The position numbers were made by a program, and so were the translations under genes. This document shows positions 1 through 8,842 of a stretch of 30,719 nucleotides of DNA, one piece after another (position 1 is the first letter of the stretch; each line of letters opens with the position of its first letter). This DNA comes from Synechococcus sp. (GTDB taxonomy: Bacteria > Cyanobacteriota > Cyanobacteriia > Thermostichales > PCC-7336), in the NCBI GenBank assembly GCA_051439605.1, contig JBFRWN010000095.1, positions 1-30,719 of the forward strand, in the 5' to 3' direction. The notes beneath the pieces were generated by a model. The model did no database searches, was not told the origin of the DNA, and saw nothing but the letters and a program-made list of their open reading frames with translations.

Positions 1-127
1 GGAACGCACAGGGGAACAACAGCAGGCCGGACCAACCTACGAATACGAAGCGGTCCCGCTTGAGCCAGTCGTCCATGATGTCGAACCAGCCGCGGCTCGC
101 TTGGCTGCGACCCATTGCGATGGTCAT
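1..127 (-). CDS. psbD: Photosystem II D2 protein, N-terminal part (runs off the left edge)
   Basis: Manual minus-strand translation from ATG at 127: [42 protein letters not shown], the conserved D2 N-terminus. Not in the ORF track. Confidence 0.97.
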   Translation of the reverse strand, partial: MTIAMGRSQASRGWFDIMDDWLKRDRFVFVGWSGLLLFPCAF

Positions 128-358
128 AGGATTTCCTCTATAAGCTCAAATCGAACAAAGTGATAAGAATGCAAAAAAGCAAGACTTAAATGTAATTACT
201 ATAGATAGCCGTATTTTTACGAAATATCAAGCGAAGCAACTTTTCCCTAAGCAAGACGGAAAAGTGGCCCCAGGGACTTTAGGTATGAATACCTGCTTGG
301 CTCTCGGGCATGGTTGCGTCCTAGGAAATAAAGATGCTGCGAGGTGATAGGCTTTATG

Positions 359-375
359 ATGCTAATAATTCTCAT
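359..375. promoter_or_regulatory. Candidate Fur/PerR-type box
   Basis: ATGCTAAT-A-ATTCTCAT; matches the 7-1-7 consensus TGATAATnATTATCA at 12 of 14 positions, in the divergent psbD/hypothetical intergenic region. Confidence 0.3.
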
Positions 376-582
376 TTTCTCTAGGAAGTTGAGCGGAAAT
401 GGTGAATTTATATGAACCGTAGACCCGATTTACCCACTTGCCGAAAGTAATTAGCTGAGAAGAACACAGATATTTGCGTTACGGACAGATAGGTTGCGGC
501 ATTTTGATCGCGAAAACAGACTACTAATAGATCCCGAATCAGCATCGGCGGATAAACGCTGGCCAAATTGAAGGAACTTAGC

Positions 583-1179
583 ATGACAAGGCTATTGAGA
601 ATCTGCTTTTTGATGGGGTTAAGCCTGGTAATGCATCGGTCGGCCTTTGGGCAAAGACTGAGAGATATTCCCGAACAGGTCGATCTCATTTACGAGCTCA
701 TGCCCGAGCTGCCACTAGAAGATAACTATGTCAGCATCAATGGCGAGGTCATGTCTGGCAGCAATTGGCTCAAACGGTTGTTGCTCTATCACATCCAAAC
801 TCAAGGAAGACTTCCCGACAGCCGCTTTGATTGGCGAATGACGTTCGCGGATTTTTTGGGTGCCAATGAACCAATGTACGCGAACCAATATCCTGGGGCA
901 GCCAGCTTTGCAACCAATCCTCTCAATCGAGATCGCGAGTTATTTCAAGCTCTTACTCGCCAGGAACGGAATCGCTTGCTGGAGGCGCTTGAGGCAGTCT
1001 ACGGGAATACTTCAGTGATTAATCCTCTGGAGAAACTAGCTGCAGTTAACGGGAGTTCAACATCGTTAACGATCCAAGAGTCTCAGCAGGAGACGGAAGC
1101 TGCCACGGAAGACCGTGCAGTCACCATAGATGTTGCTGAGCCTGGTGCTGCTGATTTGTTGCTTCCCCCTTTAGAGTAA
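583..1179 (+). CDS. Hypothetical protein with N-terminal signal-peptide-like segment
   Basis: 203-aa ORF; ATG 583 preceded by AAGGA; hydrophobic N-terminus ending SAFG. Confidence 0.75.
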   Translation: MTRLLRICFLMGLSLVMHRSAFGQRLRDIPEQVDLIYELMPELPLEDNYVSINGEVMSGSNWLKRLLLYHIQTQGRLPDSRFDWRMTFADFLGANEPMYANQYPGAASFATNPLNRDRELFQALTRQERNRLLEALEAVYGNTSVINPLEKLAAVNGSSTSLTIQESQQETEAATEDRAVTIDVAEPGAADLLLPPLE

Positions 1180-1212
1180 TGCTGAAATTACGACATGCTG
1201 AAATTACGACAT
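1179..1212. repeat. 16-bp tandem duplication
   Basis: ATGCTGAAATTACGAC twice (1179-1194, 1195-1210) plus AT, at the stop of the upstream ORF. Confidence 0.9.
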
Positions 1213-1247
1213 CCGGATTTTAGGAATTTCCACTTCGATTTAAAGGC

Positions 1248-1631
1248 ATGCTGCATCCAGAACTTAATCATTCCTCATTACAGGTGGGTAAAGGCTGGCG
1301 GGTGGGATTTAAATCGGGTCATCCAGAGTTTTGCGCCTTAGTGGGGGCAGATACTTGGGCAATAGAGCTGACTTTGGAAGAATGGCAGGATTTTTGTAGT
1401 GCTTTGCGACAGATTGAAGCCGCGATCGCCAACCTACCCGATCACCTGATGGAAGAGGAGGCTGTGACTCTAGAGCAAAGCTCTGAACGAATCGTTGCGA
1501 TCGCCTCCGGGGAATTGCCTCGCCTCAGTCTATACCTACAGGTCAAAGGTCACCGAGGGGCAGAAGGTTACTGGGATTGCGAAGCCCTGCCACAACTCTT
1601 TGATGCAGTGGGGAAATTTGTCAACATCTAG
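1248..1631 (+). CDS. DUF1818-like conserved cyanobacterial protein
   Basis: Motifs GKGWRVG, ALVGADTWAIELTLEEWQDFC, LMEEEAVTLE, RGAEGYW. Confidence 0.8.
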   Translation: MLHPELNHSSLQVGKGWRVGFKSGHPEFCALVGADTWAIELTLEEWQDFCSALRQIEAAIANLPDHLMEEEAVTLEQSSERIVAIASGELPRLSLYLQVKGHRGAEGYWDCEALPQLFDAVGKFVNI

Positions 1632-1856
1632 GTCAGTTCCTCATCCACTGATTGATTAAAGAAGGGGGGATGGAGTTTGTAGCGTCCATCAAGCCGTTGG
1701 GAACATCGGACATCATATGATTCAGAACCCGGAACTGGGATTAGATTGGTGGCTCTCTTTGAGATGACCCTTGCCCCTCGACTTGGCAGGGGAATTTTGA
1801 CCTAGAGTGAGTCGGTCTTCTATCTTGGGTGTGAACCATTTAGCAGCAAGGCAACT

Positions 1857-2123
1857 ATGACGCCTGCCCAAGTCAAAGACCTAATTGCACGGGACTTTCC
1901 CGAAGCGACTATTAACGTAAACGATCTAACGGGAACCGGAGATCACTTCCAAGCGGTTGTGGTCAGCGATCGCTTCACTGGATTAACGATGATTAAGCAG
2001 CATCGCCTTGTCTATGCCGCAGTTCAACCGGATATTGACAGCGGAGCACTCCACGCCTTGCAGCTTTCCACCTATTCTCCCGAACAATGGAGCCAATCTC
2101 GGGTGAAAATTGAAGGACCTTAA
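1857..2123 (+). CDS. bolA: BolA/IbaG family protein
   Basis: GDHFQAVVVSDRFTGLTMIKQHRLVY and LHALQLST motifs. Confidence 0.9.
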   Translation: MTPAQVKDLIARDFPEATINVNDLTGTGDHFQAVVVSDRFTGLTMIKQHRLVYAAVQPDIDSGALHALQLSTYSPEQWSQSRVKIEGP

Positions 2124-2232
2124 CAGGGTCCTTAGCGATCGTTAGGCAGTTCTGTCCTTTTGATTTGATGGGCACTCAGTTTGAACCCACCATGGCAAAG
2201 CTGAGATTGCGACAATACTCGTTCAGTTCGAG

Positions 2233-2463
2233 CTAAACCCAACCCAGCTCATCTAGCACCAGGGTAAATACCACCGCTACACATACAACCATCAAACAGT
2301 TCATAAAGGATTGCCCTCGCGCTACAGAAAAGGCAACTGCAGCAGTAGCCCCAATGCTTGCAGACATTAATCGACCAGCAGGATCTGTCTTTGGAGTTTT
2401 AGGGGGTTGGTTCGACATTTGTTCAATCGCCATGCGAAGTAAGCTGTTGTCCTCACAGGCCAA
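2233..2463 (-). CDS. Small hypothetical membrane protein (start may be a downstream ATG)
   Basis: 76-aa ORF with two hydrophobic segments. Confidence 0.55.
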   Translation of the reverse strand: MACEDNSLLRMAIEQMSNQPPKTPKTDPAGRLMSASIGATAAVAFSVARGQSFMNCLMVVCVAVVFTLVLDELGWV

Positions 2464-2741
2464 TTCTCAAAGCAACTGGCAATTCAAGACGAAAATTACT
2501 CAGAGACCTAACCTGCACCTGGAGACGGGCTTAAGTTATCACCAAAAATTTGAGGCCATCGAAGTTTCTCAACAATTCTTCAATCCGGCCTCACTCCTAA
2601 CACAAAGCTTCAATGGCCTTCCCCTAGTTAACTCAAAGGGTAGTATCGCAACCATCAAACTTCTGAGGACGTGCCCTCTGCCGATCTCTGGTAAGAGGGA
2701 TAAACGTACAGCCCTAAATTGAAAAACTATAGGTCGCTATC

Positions 2742-3428
2742 CTAGGCAATTTGCAGCTTATTCAAGATCGATTTCAGGCGAATATAGTCTTCTCGTAAGA
2801 ACAATGCCAGGGCTCTACCAGCCCCGAGCAACCACTGGCGACGGGGGGAAGTAGCTTGGCCAGAGGCTTCGTACACAGAAGCACTTTGACGCAGTACTGC
2901 AGCCACCAACTCATCCGTCGGAACCCTTTGAGTTTGCAACAAGGTACGGAGGAACTCTGTGTTTTGGCAAAACCTTGCAATGTCAGCATCGCAACAGCGA
3001 TACACCCCTTGATGAATCTGAGGAGGGCGGGGAGGTAAATACTGTCGAGGAGGTAGCAACCCCCCTTGATGCTCGATCGGTTCAAACCCCACAATAACCA
3101 CGCGAAATTCAGTTCGCAGCATGGCAAAGATCTGAGGTTGCTGTTCCTGCAACTGTTGCAGCGATAGGCCCAAAGGTCGAGCACGATGGATGGCGTCGAT
3201 TGGCAGAGTGGTGGTATGACAAACCACCCCGTAGATTGCATGGTTTGAATCTTCGTCAATCGCAGTCACCCAGCTCCCTAGAGCAGGCATGGTGGGAAAG
3301 CGAAGATCGTCAGGGGCAAAGCATTGGGCCAAGTACTCTGTCGTACTGGTCTCGATCACCTCCCCTAAGTGGGCGAGGGATTGGGGGGATGAAGTTGAAG
3401 GTAACGGTACACGCACCATCGATCGCAA
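2742..3428 (-). CDS. HAS-barrel domain-containing protein
   Basis: GEVIETSTTEYLAQC, PALGSWV, HRARPLGLS, QYLPPRPPQIHQ motifs of cyanobacterial stand-alone HAS-barrel proteins. Confidence 0.75.
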   Translation of the reverse strand: MRSMVRVPLPSTSSPQSLAHLGEVIETSTTEYLAQCFAPDDLRFPTMPALGSWVTAIDEDSNHAIYGVVCHTTTLPIDAIHRARPLGLSLQQLQEQQPQIFAMLRTEFRVVIVGFEPIEHQGGLLPPRQYLPPRPPQIHQGVYRCCDADIARFCQNTEFLRTLLQTQRVPTDELVAAVLRQSASVYEASGQATSPRRQWLLGAGRALALFLREDYIRLKSILNKLQIA

Positions 3429-3697
3429 CCCCTAAATTGACTGCTTGCTCACTACTGGAAACTTGGAAAGATCGGCTAGTTCAACAGTACTCGCGCATCC
3501 GAGAAATGGTCGCAATCAGAGTTTGATGTCCCAGCGCAGATGTTAACAGCTACGGGGGACCAGACTTACTGTTATTGCGAAATGTGATTTTCGCATTGCA
3601 ATAATGGCAGCCGACTGTTCCAGAATGTAACGGGCGGTAGGCAGTCTCAGGGATAATTCGTAGACTACAGCCATAGCAGCATCAGGTGTCGTTTGTT

Positions 3698-4186
3698 ATG
3701 GTATCGAGCCCTCCCCCGCCTGCAATTTCTCCCAAGCAAATGAACATCCTCCGCGCAGTCACAGCTATGGCTTGGGCTGATGGAGTATTAGAGCCGGGTG
3801 AAATTGATGTAATGGCCACCAAGCTTTCATCTGCATTTGCCAAAGACGCAAGTAGTCGCAGTCAGCTCTCCCTTAGAATCAAGGATTACTTCACCCAACA
3901 AGTCCCTCTGGAAGAAGTTCTACCCAAGCTTTCTGAAGAAGCCGATCGCCGGCTGATCCTGAAATTGGGATACCTTACCATCGAAGCCAGCGCTCGCAGT
4001 GAAGGTGAACCGCTTGTGAATCTGCAGGAGTTGGATGCATTCCACAAGCTAGCAGAGCTACTGCACCTTTCCCCCGAAACCATCCACGAGGTGTCGGAGG
4101 AAGCCAAGCTCGAGCTGAATGTGGAAGGTGCTGACCCGCTAGAAGCACTGGTGGAAGGGTTTTCTCGTCATTACGAACCCGCTTGA
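3698..4186 (+). CDS. TerB-like family protein
   Basis: AMAWADGVLEPGEIDVM motif. Confidence 0.8.
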   Translation: MVSSPPPPAISPKQMNILRAVTAMAWADGVLEPGEIDVMATKLSSAFAKDASSRSQLSLRIKDYFTQQVPLEEVLPKLSEEADRRLILKLGYLTIEASARSEGEPLVNLQELDAFHKLAELLHLSPETIHEVSEEAKLELNVEGADPLEALVEGFSRHYEPA

Positions 4187-4286
4187 GCCAGCAACTTCAC
4201 AGGTTTGGGGTTGACAACCCTAGAGCACCAAGCGTTCAAACTCCAGGCTTAAGTATTCAAGACTATGAGGACTAGAGACTGGAGTG

Positions 4287-4487
4287 CTACTGCTCCTCTC
4301 GAGCATTAGCAGTTTTAACCGCTGCTAAAAACAGAGCAACCGTAACTGGAACCCCCACCGCCAGCAAAATGTAATTGGCCATAAAGCCAAATTTGGGGGT
4401 ACCATAGGCGATTTCGAACACACAACCGGTGATGCCGACCCCGCAGACGCAGGATGCAAACAACAAAAAACTACTTATAGGGCTCAC
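4287..4487 (-). CDS. Small two-helix membrane protein, conserved hypothetical
   Basis: 66-aa ORF with two hydrophobic helices (GCVFEIAYGTP ... LFLAAV). Confidence 0.65.
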   Translation of the reverse strand: MSPISSFLLFASCVCGVGITGCVFEIAYGTPKFGFMANYILLAVGVPVTVALFLAAVKTANAREEQ

Positions 4488-4599
4488 GTTTCTGAAAAGT
4501 TAACTTGTCTAAGAGTAACGCAATCGGTATTGATGCAGGATGGGCGAAGTGTGTTTGTCAGGCACTCTCGTTAGCTGCTGGCAACTAATTGGTAGAGCC

Positions 4600-6036
4600 C
4601 TACTGAAGTAAGCTCACTGCCTCTAGACGGGCGATCGCCCATCCCCGTTGATGGAGCAACACAAATGACGTCATCAGGTCGGGACCGCGCAATGCTCCAG
4701 TGAGGGCAGCTCGCAAGGACTTCATCAAGAGTCCCTTTTTGACCCCCTGTTCTTTGGCTACAGTTCCTACCATGGTTTTTAGGACAGTCTCTAGGTCGAT
4801 CGTATCAGGGTCAATATCTGCCGCAGCAACCGCAACTGCCGAAATGGATTCTACGACATTAGGTTGCCGCAGTTGGGCGATTGCATCGGAGGTGTAGGCT
4901 AAGTCTTTTTCTAACAAATAGCGACTGATGGGGGCGGCTTCTGTCAACAGCGTCAGTCCCTCGGCAATCAGGCTGGCCAAAGCTTCTAGCCATTGGGTGC
5001 TGGGCACTCCTTGAGTGCTTAAACCTGCTGCCATCCAAAAGGGGGTGAGTTTCTCAACCAGCGCGCTCGGAGAGAGCTGGCGAATATATTGACTGTTAAG
5101 CCAGTTCAGTTTGTCCCAGTCAAAGCGGGCCGCTGATTTGGTGACGCGATCGAAGTCAAATTTTGTCGCGGCATCTTCTAAAGTAAAGACTTCTTCCCCG
5201 TCGGGGGAAGACCAGCTCAACAGCGCTAGGTAATTTTTCAAGGCTTCTGGGATAAACCCCATTTGCTGGAATTCCGCCACAGAGGTAGCCCCATCTCGCT
5301 TAGACAGCTTGCGTCCTTCAGGGTTCAAAATCAATGGGGAATGGGCAAACACTGGAGGTTCGTACCCTAGTGCGCGATACAGCAAAATCTGTTTTGGGGT
5401 ATTGCCAATGTGATCCTCCCCTCGGATCACGTGGGTGGTATTCATGTCGATGTCATCAACTACCACCGCCAAGTTGTAGAGGGGTTGACCGTTGGCCTTA
5501 GCAATCACCATGTCCCCCCCCAAATCCTGGGTATTCCAGGAGATATCGCCACGAATTTGATCCACCCAAGACACATCGAGGGGTTCTTCTATTTTGAAGC
5601 GCACCACTGGCTGGCGGCCCTCTTCCTCATAGGCGGCAATTTGTTCGGGAGTGAGGTTGCGATCTCGATTGTCATAGCGAGGGGCCTTACCCGCTGCTTT
5701 TTGGGCTGCCCGCATCGCATCGAGTTCTGCAGCGCTAGTGTAGGACTTGTAGGCCAGCCCCTTATCGAGCAACTCCTGAATCACCTGACGATATCGGTCA
5801 AGCCGATCGGTTTGGTAAAACGGCCCCTCATCCCAGTCCAATCCTAACCAGGCCAGCCCTTCTAAAATATTGCGCGTGTATCTGGGCTGCGAACGTTCGC
5901 GATCGGTATCCTCAATCCTCAGGATCATGCGGCCGTCGTGGCGATGGGCATATAACCAGTTGAAGACCGCTGTGCGGGCCGTGCCGATATGCAAATTTCC
6001 AGTGGGGCTGGGCGCAATGCGCACGCGAACAGTCAC
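4600..6036 (-). CDS. gltX: Glutamate--tRNA ligase
   Basis: VRVRIAPSPTGNLHIGT (HIGH), LRIEDTD, HVIRGEDH, KLSKR (KMSKS). GTG 6036 taken as likely start. Confidence 0.97.
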   Translation of the reverse strand: MTVRVRIAPSPTGNLHIGTARTAVFNWLYAHRHDGRMILRIEDTDRERSQPRYTRNILEGLAWLGLDWDEGPFYQTDRLDRYRQVIQELLDKGLAYKSYTSAAELDAMRAAQKAAGKAPRYDNRDRNLTPEQIAAYEEEGRQPVVRFKIEEPLDVSWVDQIRGDISWNTQDLGGDMVIAKANGQPLYNLAVVVDDIDMNTTHVIRGEDHIGNTPKQILLYRALGYEPPVFAHSPLILNPEGRKLSKRDGATSVAEFQQMGFIPEALKNYLALLSWSSPDGEEVFTLEDAATKFDFDRVTKSAARFDWDKLNWLNSQYIRQLSPSALVEKLTPFWMAAGLSTQGVPSTQWLEALASLIAEGLTLLTEAAPISRYLLEKDLAYTSDAIAQLRQPNVVESISAVAVAAADIDPDTIDLETVLKTMVGTVAKEQGVKKGLLMKSLRAALTGALRGPDLMTSFVLLHQRGWAIARLEAVSLLQ

Positions 6037-6327
6037 AATCGTTTCCTCAAAAGCCAATCTGCATCTTAGTGTTTGGGGGTCATTTTGTCAGTCAGCAATG
6101 CTTTCGAATTGACACGCTCCGGTCCATTAAAGAACTGCCTCAGACAACTCCATTCCTTTGCTGAGGCTAGCGGCATTGCTAGACCATCACTATCTACCTG
6201 TGTCTGCAATCAATGGGGACCCACAAATTTCTTCTCGAAAGGCGAATTTTTGAATTAGCGATTTTCTGTATCAACAGAATATTTGTTCAAACAACAATCG
6301 ATAGAAAGTTGGACAATAGGGGAAGCA

Positions 6328-7686
6328 CTACGAGGAGATTGCCGAGCCTGTGGCAATGTATTTCACGGTAGTCAGGTTTTCAAGGCTGATGGGGCCACGG
6401 GCGTGCAGCTTAGACGTGGAAATCCCCAGAAAAGCCCCCAGCAGAGTATTGCGCGGATCGCCCAGGTTAGGCAGACAGTTCACGTATAGGCTACTTGCTG
6501 TTACCGATTGAGAGAACCGTTCGATATCGCTCGCACAATCGGTGATGATGCCCTCCATTTGTCCGTAGCTGTGTTTACACAACCAGGCAATCCCCTCATC
6601 GAGGTTAGATACGATGCGTAAAGGAACTCCCGTCTGCTGCTCTGCAGCAGTGAAATCGCCGCTTACTGCAGCATTGAAATCGCTTGCTTCTGAACGAGAC
6701 TCATTTGCTCTAGCACTGGGAGCGATCCCTGCAGCACCCGTACCGTCATCTTCAAGCGACGCGAGCGCAGGAAGCATTGCCAACACCCGTTCGTCAGGTA
6801 TAACCTGCAGACCAAATTCCTTGAGCTGAACCACCAAAGATTCGAGGTGCTGCTCTGCCCAAGCTTCGTGCATCACAATTCCCATCACCGGAATTTGGAA
6901 TCGCTGGAGCAAATTACCAGTACGGATCACGTGACTATCCTCTGCCAGGACCGTTCCCTGCACTTGTGACCAACTTGCACTGGCAGCAATATAAACATTG
7001 CCACGACCGAATTGCGCGGCAATGGTGGGTACCGTACTTTGCTCCTGCATGCGCTCCACCCAGTTCCAGCGACCACACAGCAACATCAAGTCTATGAAGC
7101 GCTCTTGATGGAGCAAGGACTGTAACCCTTCGGGAGGGTCACTGGGAACGGCCTGAATGGCCCCTTCAGGAATGCCTGCTTCGTAGGCTACAGATGCAAA
7201 TAATTCGGCCATTGCGGCCTGAGTGGCCGCTAAGTTGGGGCTACCCGACAATACAATACCGTTACCAGATTTGAGCGCCATCCCAACCCCCCCAATCTGG
7301 ATCTCGGGATAGACCTCGGTCACCAGCCCTATGACACCTAAAGGAATTCGGCGGCGGACGAGAGAAATGCCGGTGTCGTAATTCCAGTTGCGATCGATAG
7401 CTCCGATCGGATCCGGCAGCTGAGACAGTGCGTTGAGCTGGCTGGCTGCAAACCCAAGTCGTTCGGGGGTGAGTTTCATGCCTTCTAATATCCATTGAGG
7501 CTGCTGCTGACCGCGTACCTGTTCTAGGTCAATGGTATTGGCTTCCAGAATGCTATCTGCTTGCTCTTGTAACGCTTGGGCCATAGCTTCTAAGGCCCGA
7601 TTTTTAACAGTCCCTTGCAGGCGACTAAGGGATGACTGCGCGCGGGCAGTCTGACGGAGGGTGGTACTGAGATCGAAATTATTCAC
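6328..7686 (-). CDS. proA: Gamma-glutamyl phosphate reductase (ProA)-like paralogue with degenerate active site
   Basis: ILEANTIDL, LPDPIG, RIPLGVIG, ALKSGN, LGISTSKLHARGPISLENLTTVKY; no recognisable catalytic CNA motif. Confidence 0.85.
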   Translation of the reverse strand: MNNFDLSTTLRQTARAQSSLSRLQGTVKNRALEAMAQALQEQADSILEANTIDLEQVRGQQQPQWILEGMKLTPERLGFAASQLNALSQLPDPIGAIDRNWNYDTGISLVRRRIPLGVIGLVTEVYPEIQIGGVGMALKSGNGIVLSGSPNLAATQAAMAELFASVAYEAGIPEGAIQAVPSDPPEGLQSLLHQERFIDLMLLCGRWNWVERMQEQSTVPTIAAQFGRGNVYIAASASWSQVQGTVLAEDSHVIRTGNLLQRFQIPVMGIVMHEAWAEQHLESLVVQLKEFGLQVIPDERVLAMLPALASLEDDGTGAAGIAPSARANESRSEASDFNAAVSGDFTAAEQQTGVPLRIVSNLDEGIAWLCKHSYGQMEGIITDCASDIERFSQSVTASSLYVNCLPNLGDPRNTLLGAFLGISTSKLHARGPISLENLTTVKYIATGSAISS

Positions 7687-8215
7687 CGCAAACTCTCATA
7701 AATGCCGTTCGATGGCTAGAAACAGAACGCTTGAGGGGGTTGAGAGGAACAGTTAGGGATAGGCTGGGTTGACTGGAAGAACGTGGAAAATCACGATGCT
7801 TTAAAGGTTAAAGCGAGGGGACTCACATCACACCGACTAAGCTGACATAACGATTCAAGTCAGATCGTTCCTTCCATTGCAGAGGAATAAAGATTCTGGA
7901 GGGCAGCTGAAAGAGTCAAAGGCCACCAGTAGCTTTCAAGCTTACTCTAAGCTGGGATTCGCTGCGCAGGAAAAAAATCACTCTGTTTATCTTGTGAACC
8001 AATCTGTCAACCTGCAATGACAACTGAAACCCCGATCGCCATCCATCACAATCCTCTAGCACCGAGCTTTGGATTGAAACGATTGAAGTTAAGAATTCGC
8101 CTCGACTATTTGCAACAGCAGTAAGAGGGATCGCCTCAAAACGGAAACGTAGGACGCATAGATCTTGATGTCGAATCTACACCCAGACCCATTCAGCGCT
8201 CTACGAGCTCCTGAC

Positions 8216-8674
8216 TCAATAACGAGAACGCAACTGCACGGAGAGGAACATCACCGCACCACTTAGGATAATTAACGCAGCCTGAGCTGCGCCTGGCATC
8301 GGCAACTGCATCTGTAGAGCCAGGATGGAGAGAAATACCATCAGGATCAAGGTCAAGATCCAAGCTAAAGATGAACTTGAAGGAGCACGATCGCAAATGC
8401 GCACCCAGCGGTGTCCCTGCCAATACCAAGTTGCGGGCGTCAAGTGGGACTGAGAAAGCGATTGAATCGCTAAACAGTCCGAGGTCGGAGCAAAAATCTG
8501 TTGGCATTGGAAGCAGCCCAACGCATGTGTCAGGGTAATAGGCTGAAGCTTTCCCCCCTTACATTGGGGGTTTGGACAGGGATACGTGCGATTGATATCG
8601 ATTTTTTGGGGGGCAACAACCACAGGACACCTTCCCAAGACGGCCAGATGGCTAATAACAGTGGGTTGGCCCAC
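8216..8674 (-). CDS. Hypothetical protein with Cys-rich putative Zn-binding N-terminus and two C-terminal TM helices
   Basis: YPCPNPQC...LGCFQCQQIF, WYWQGHRW, then hydrophobic segments. Confidence 0.75.
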   Translation of the reverse strand: MGQPTVISHLAVLGRCPVVVAPQKIDINRTYPCPNPQCKGGKLQPITLTHALGCFQCQQIFAPTSDCLAIQSLSQSHLTPATWYWQGHRWVRICDRAPSSSSLAWILTLILMVFLSILALQMQLPMPGAAQAALIILSGAVMFLSVQLRSRY

Positions 8675-8842
8675 ATCCTAACACCACCCTTTAGAGCCAG
8701 TTGTGACTTGGAACGTTTTGAAATAATGGCACTCATTTTGGTGAATAGTGCCTAATGCATAAAGCACTGTAGGAGATAGGGTAGTGCTGCCCAAGCAGGC
8801 AGTAAAGTAAATAGATAGGCCTTTAACTCGCACACTTTCGCT

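Noticed and set aside
1632..1856. Possible 6S/SRP or other ncRNA upstream of bolA
   Set aside because: Only two short hairpins; no recognisable family motif.
4488..4599. tRNA downstream of gltX
   Set aside because: No cloverleaf or T-loop consensus visible.
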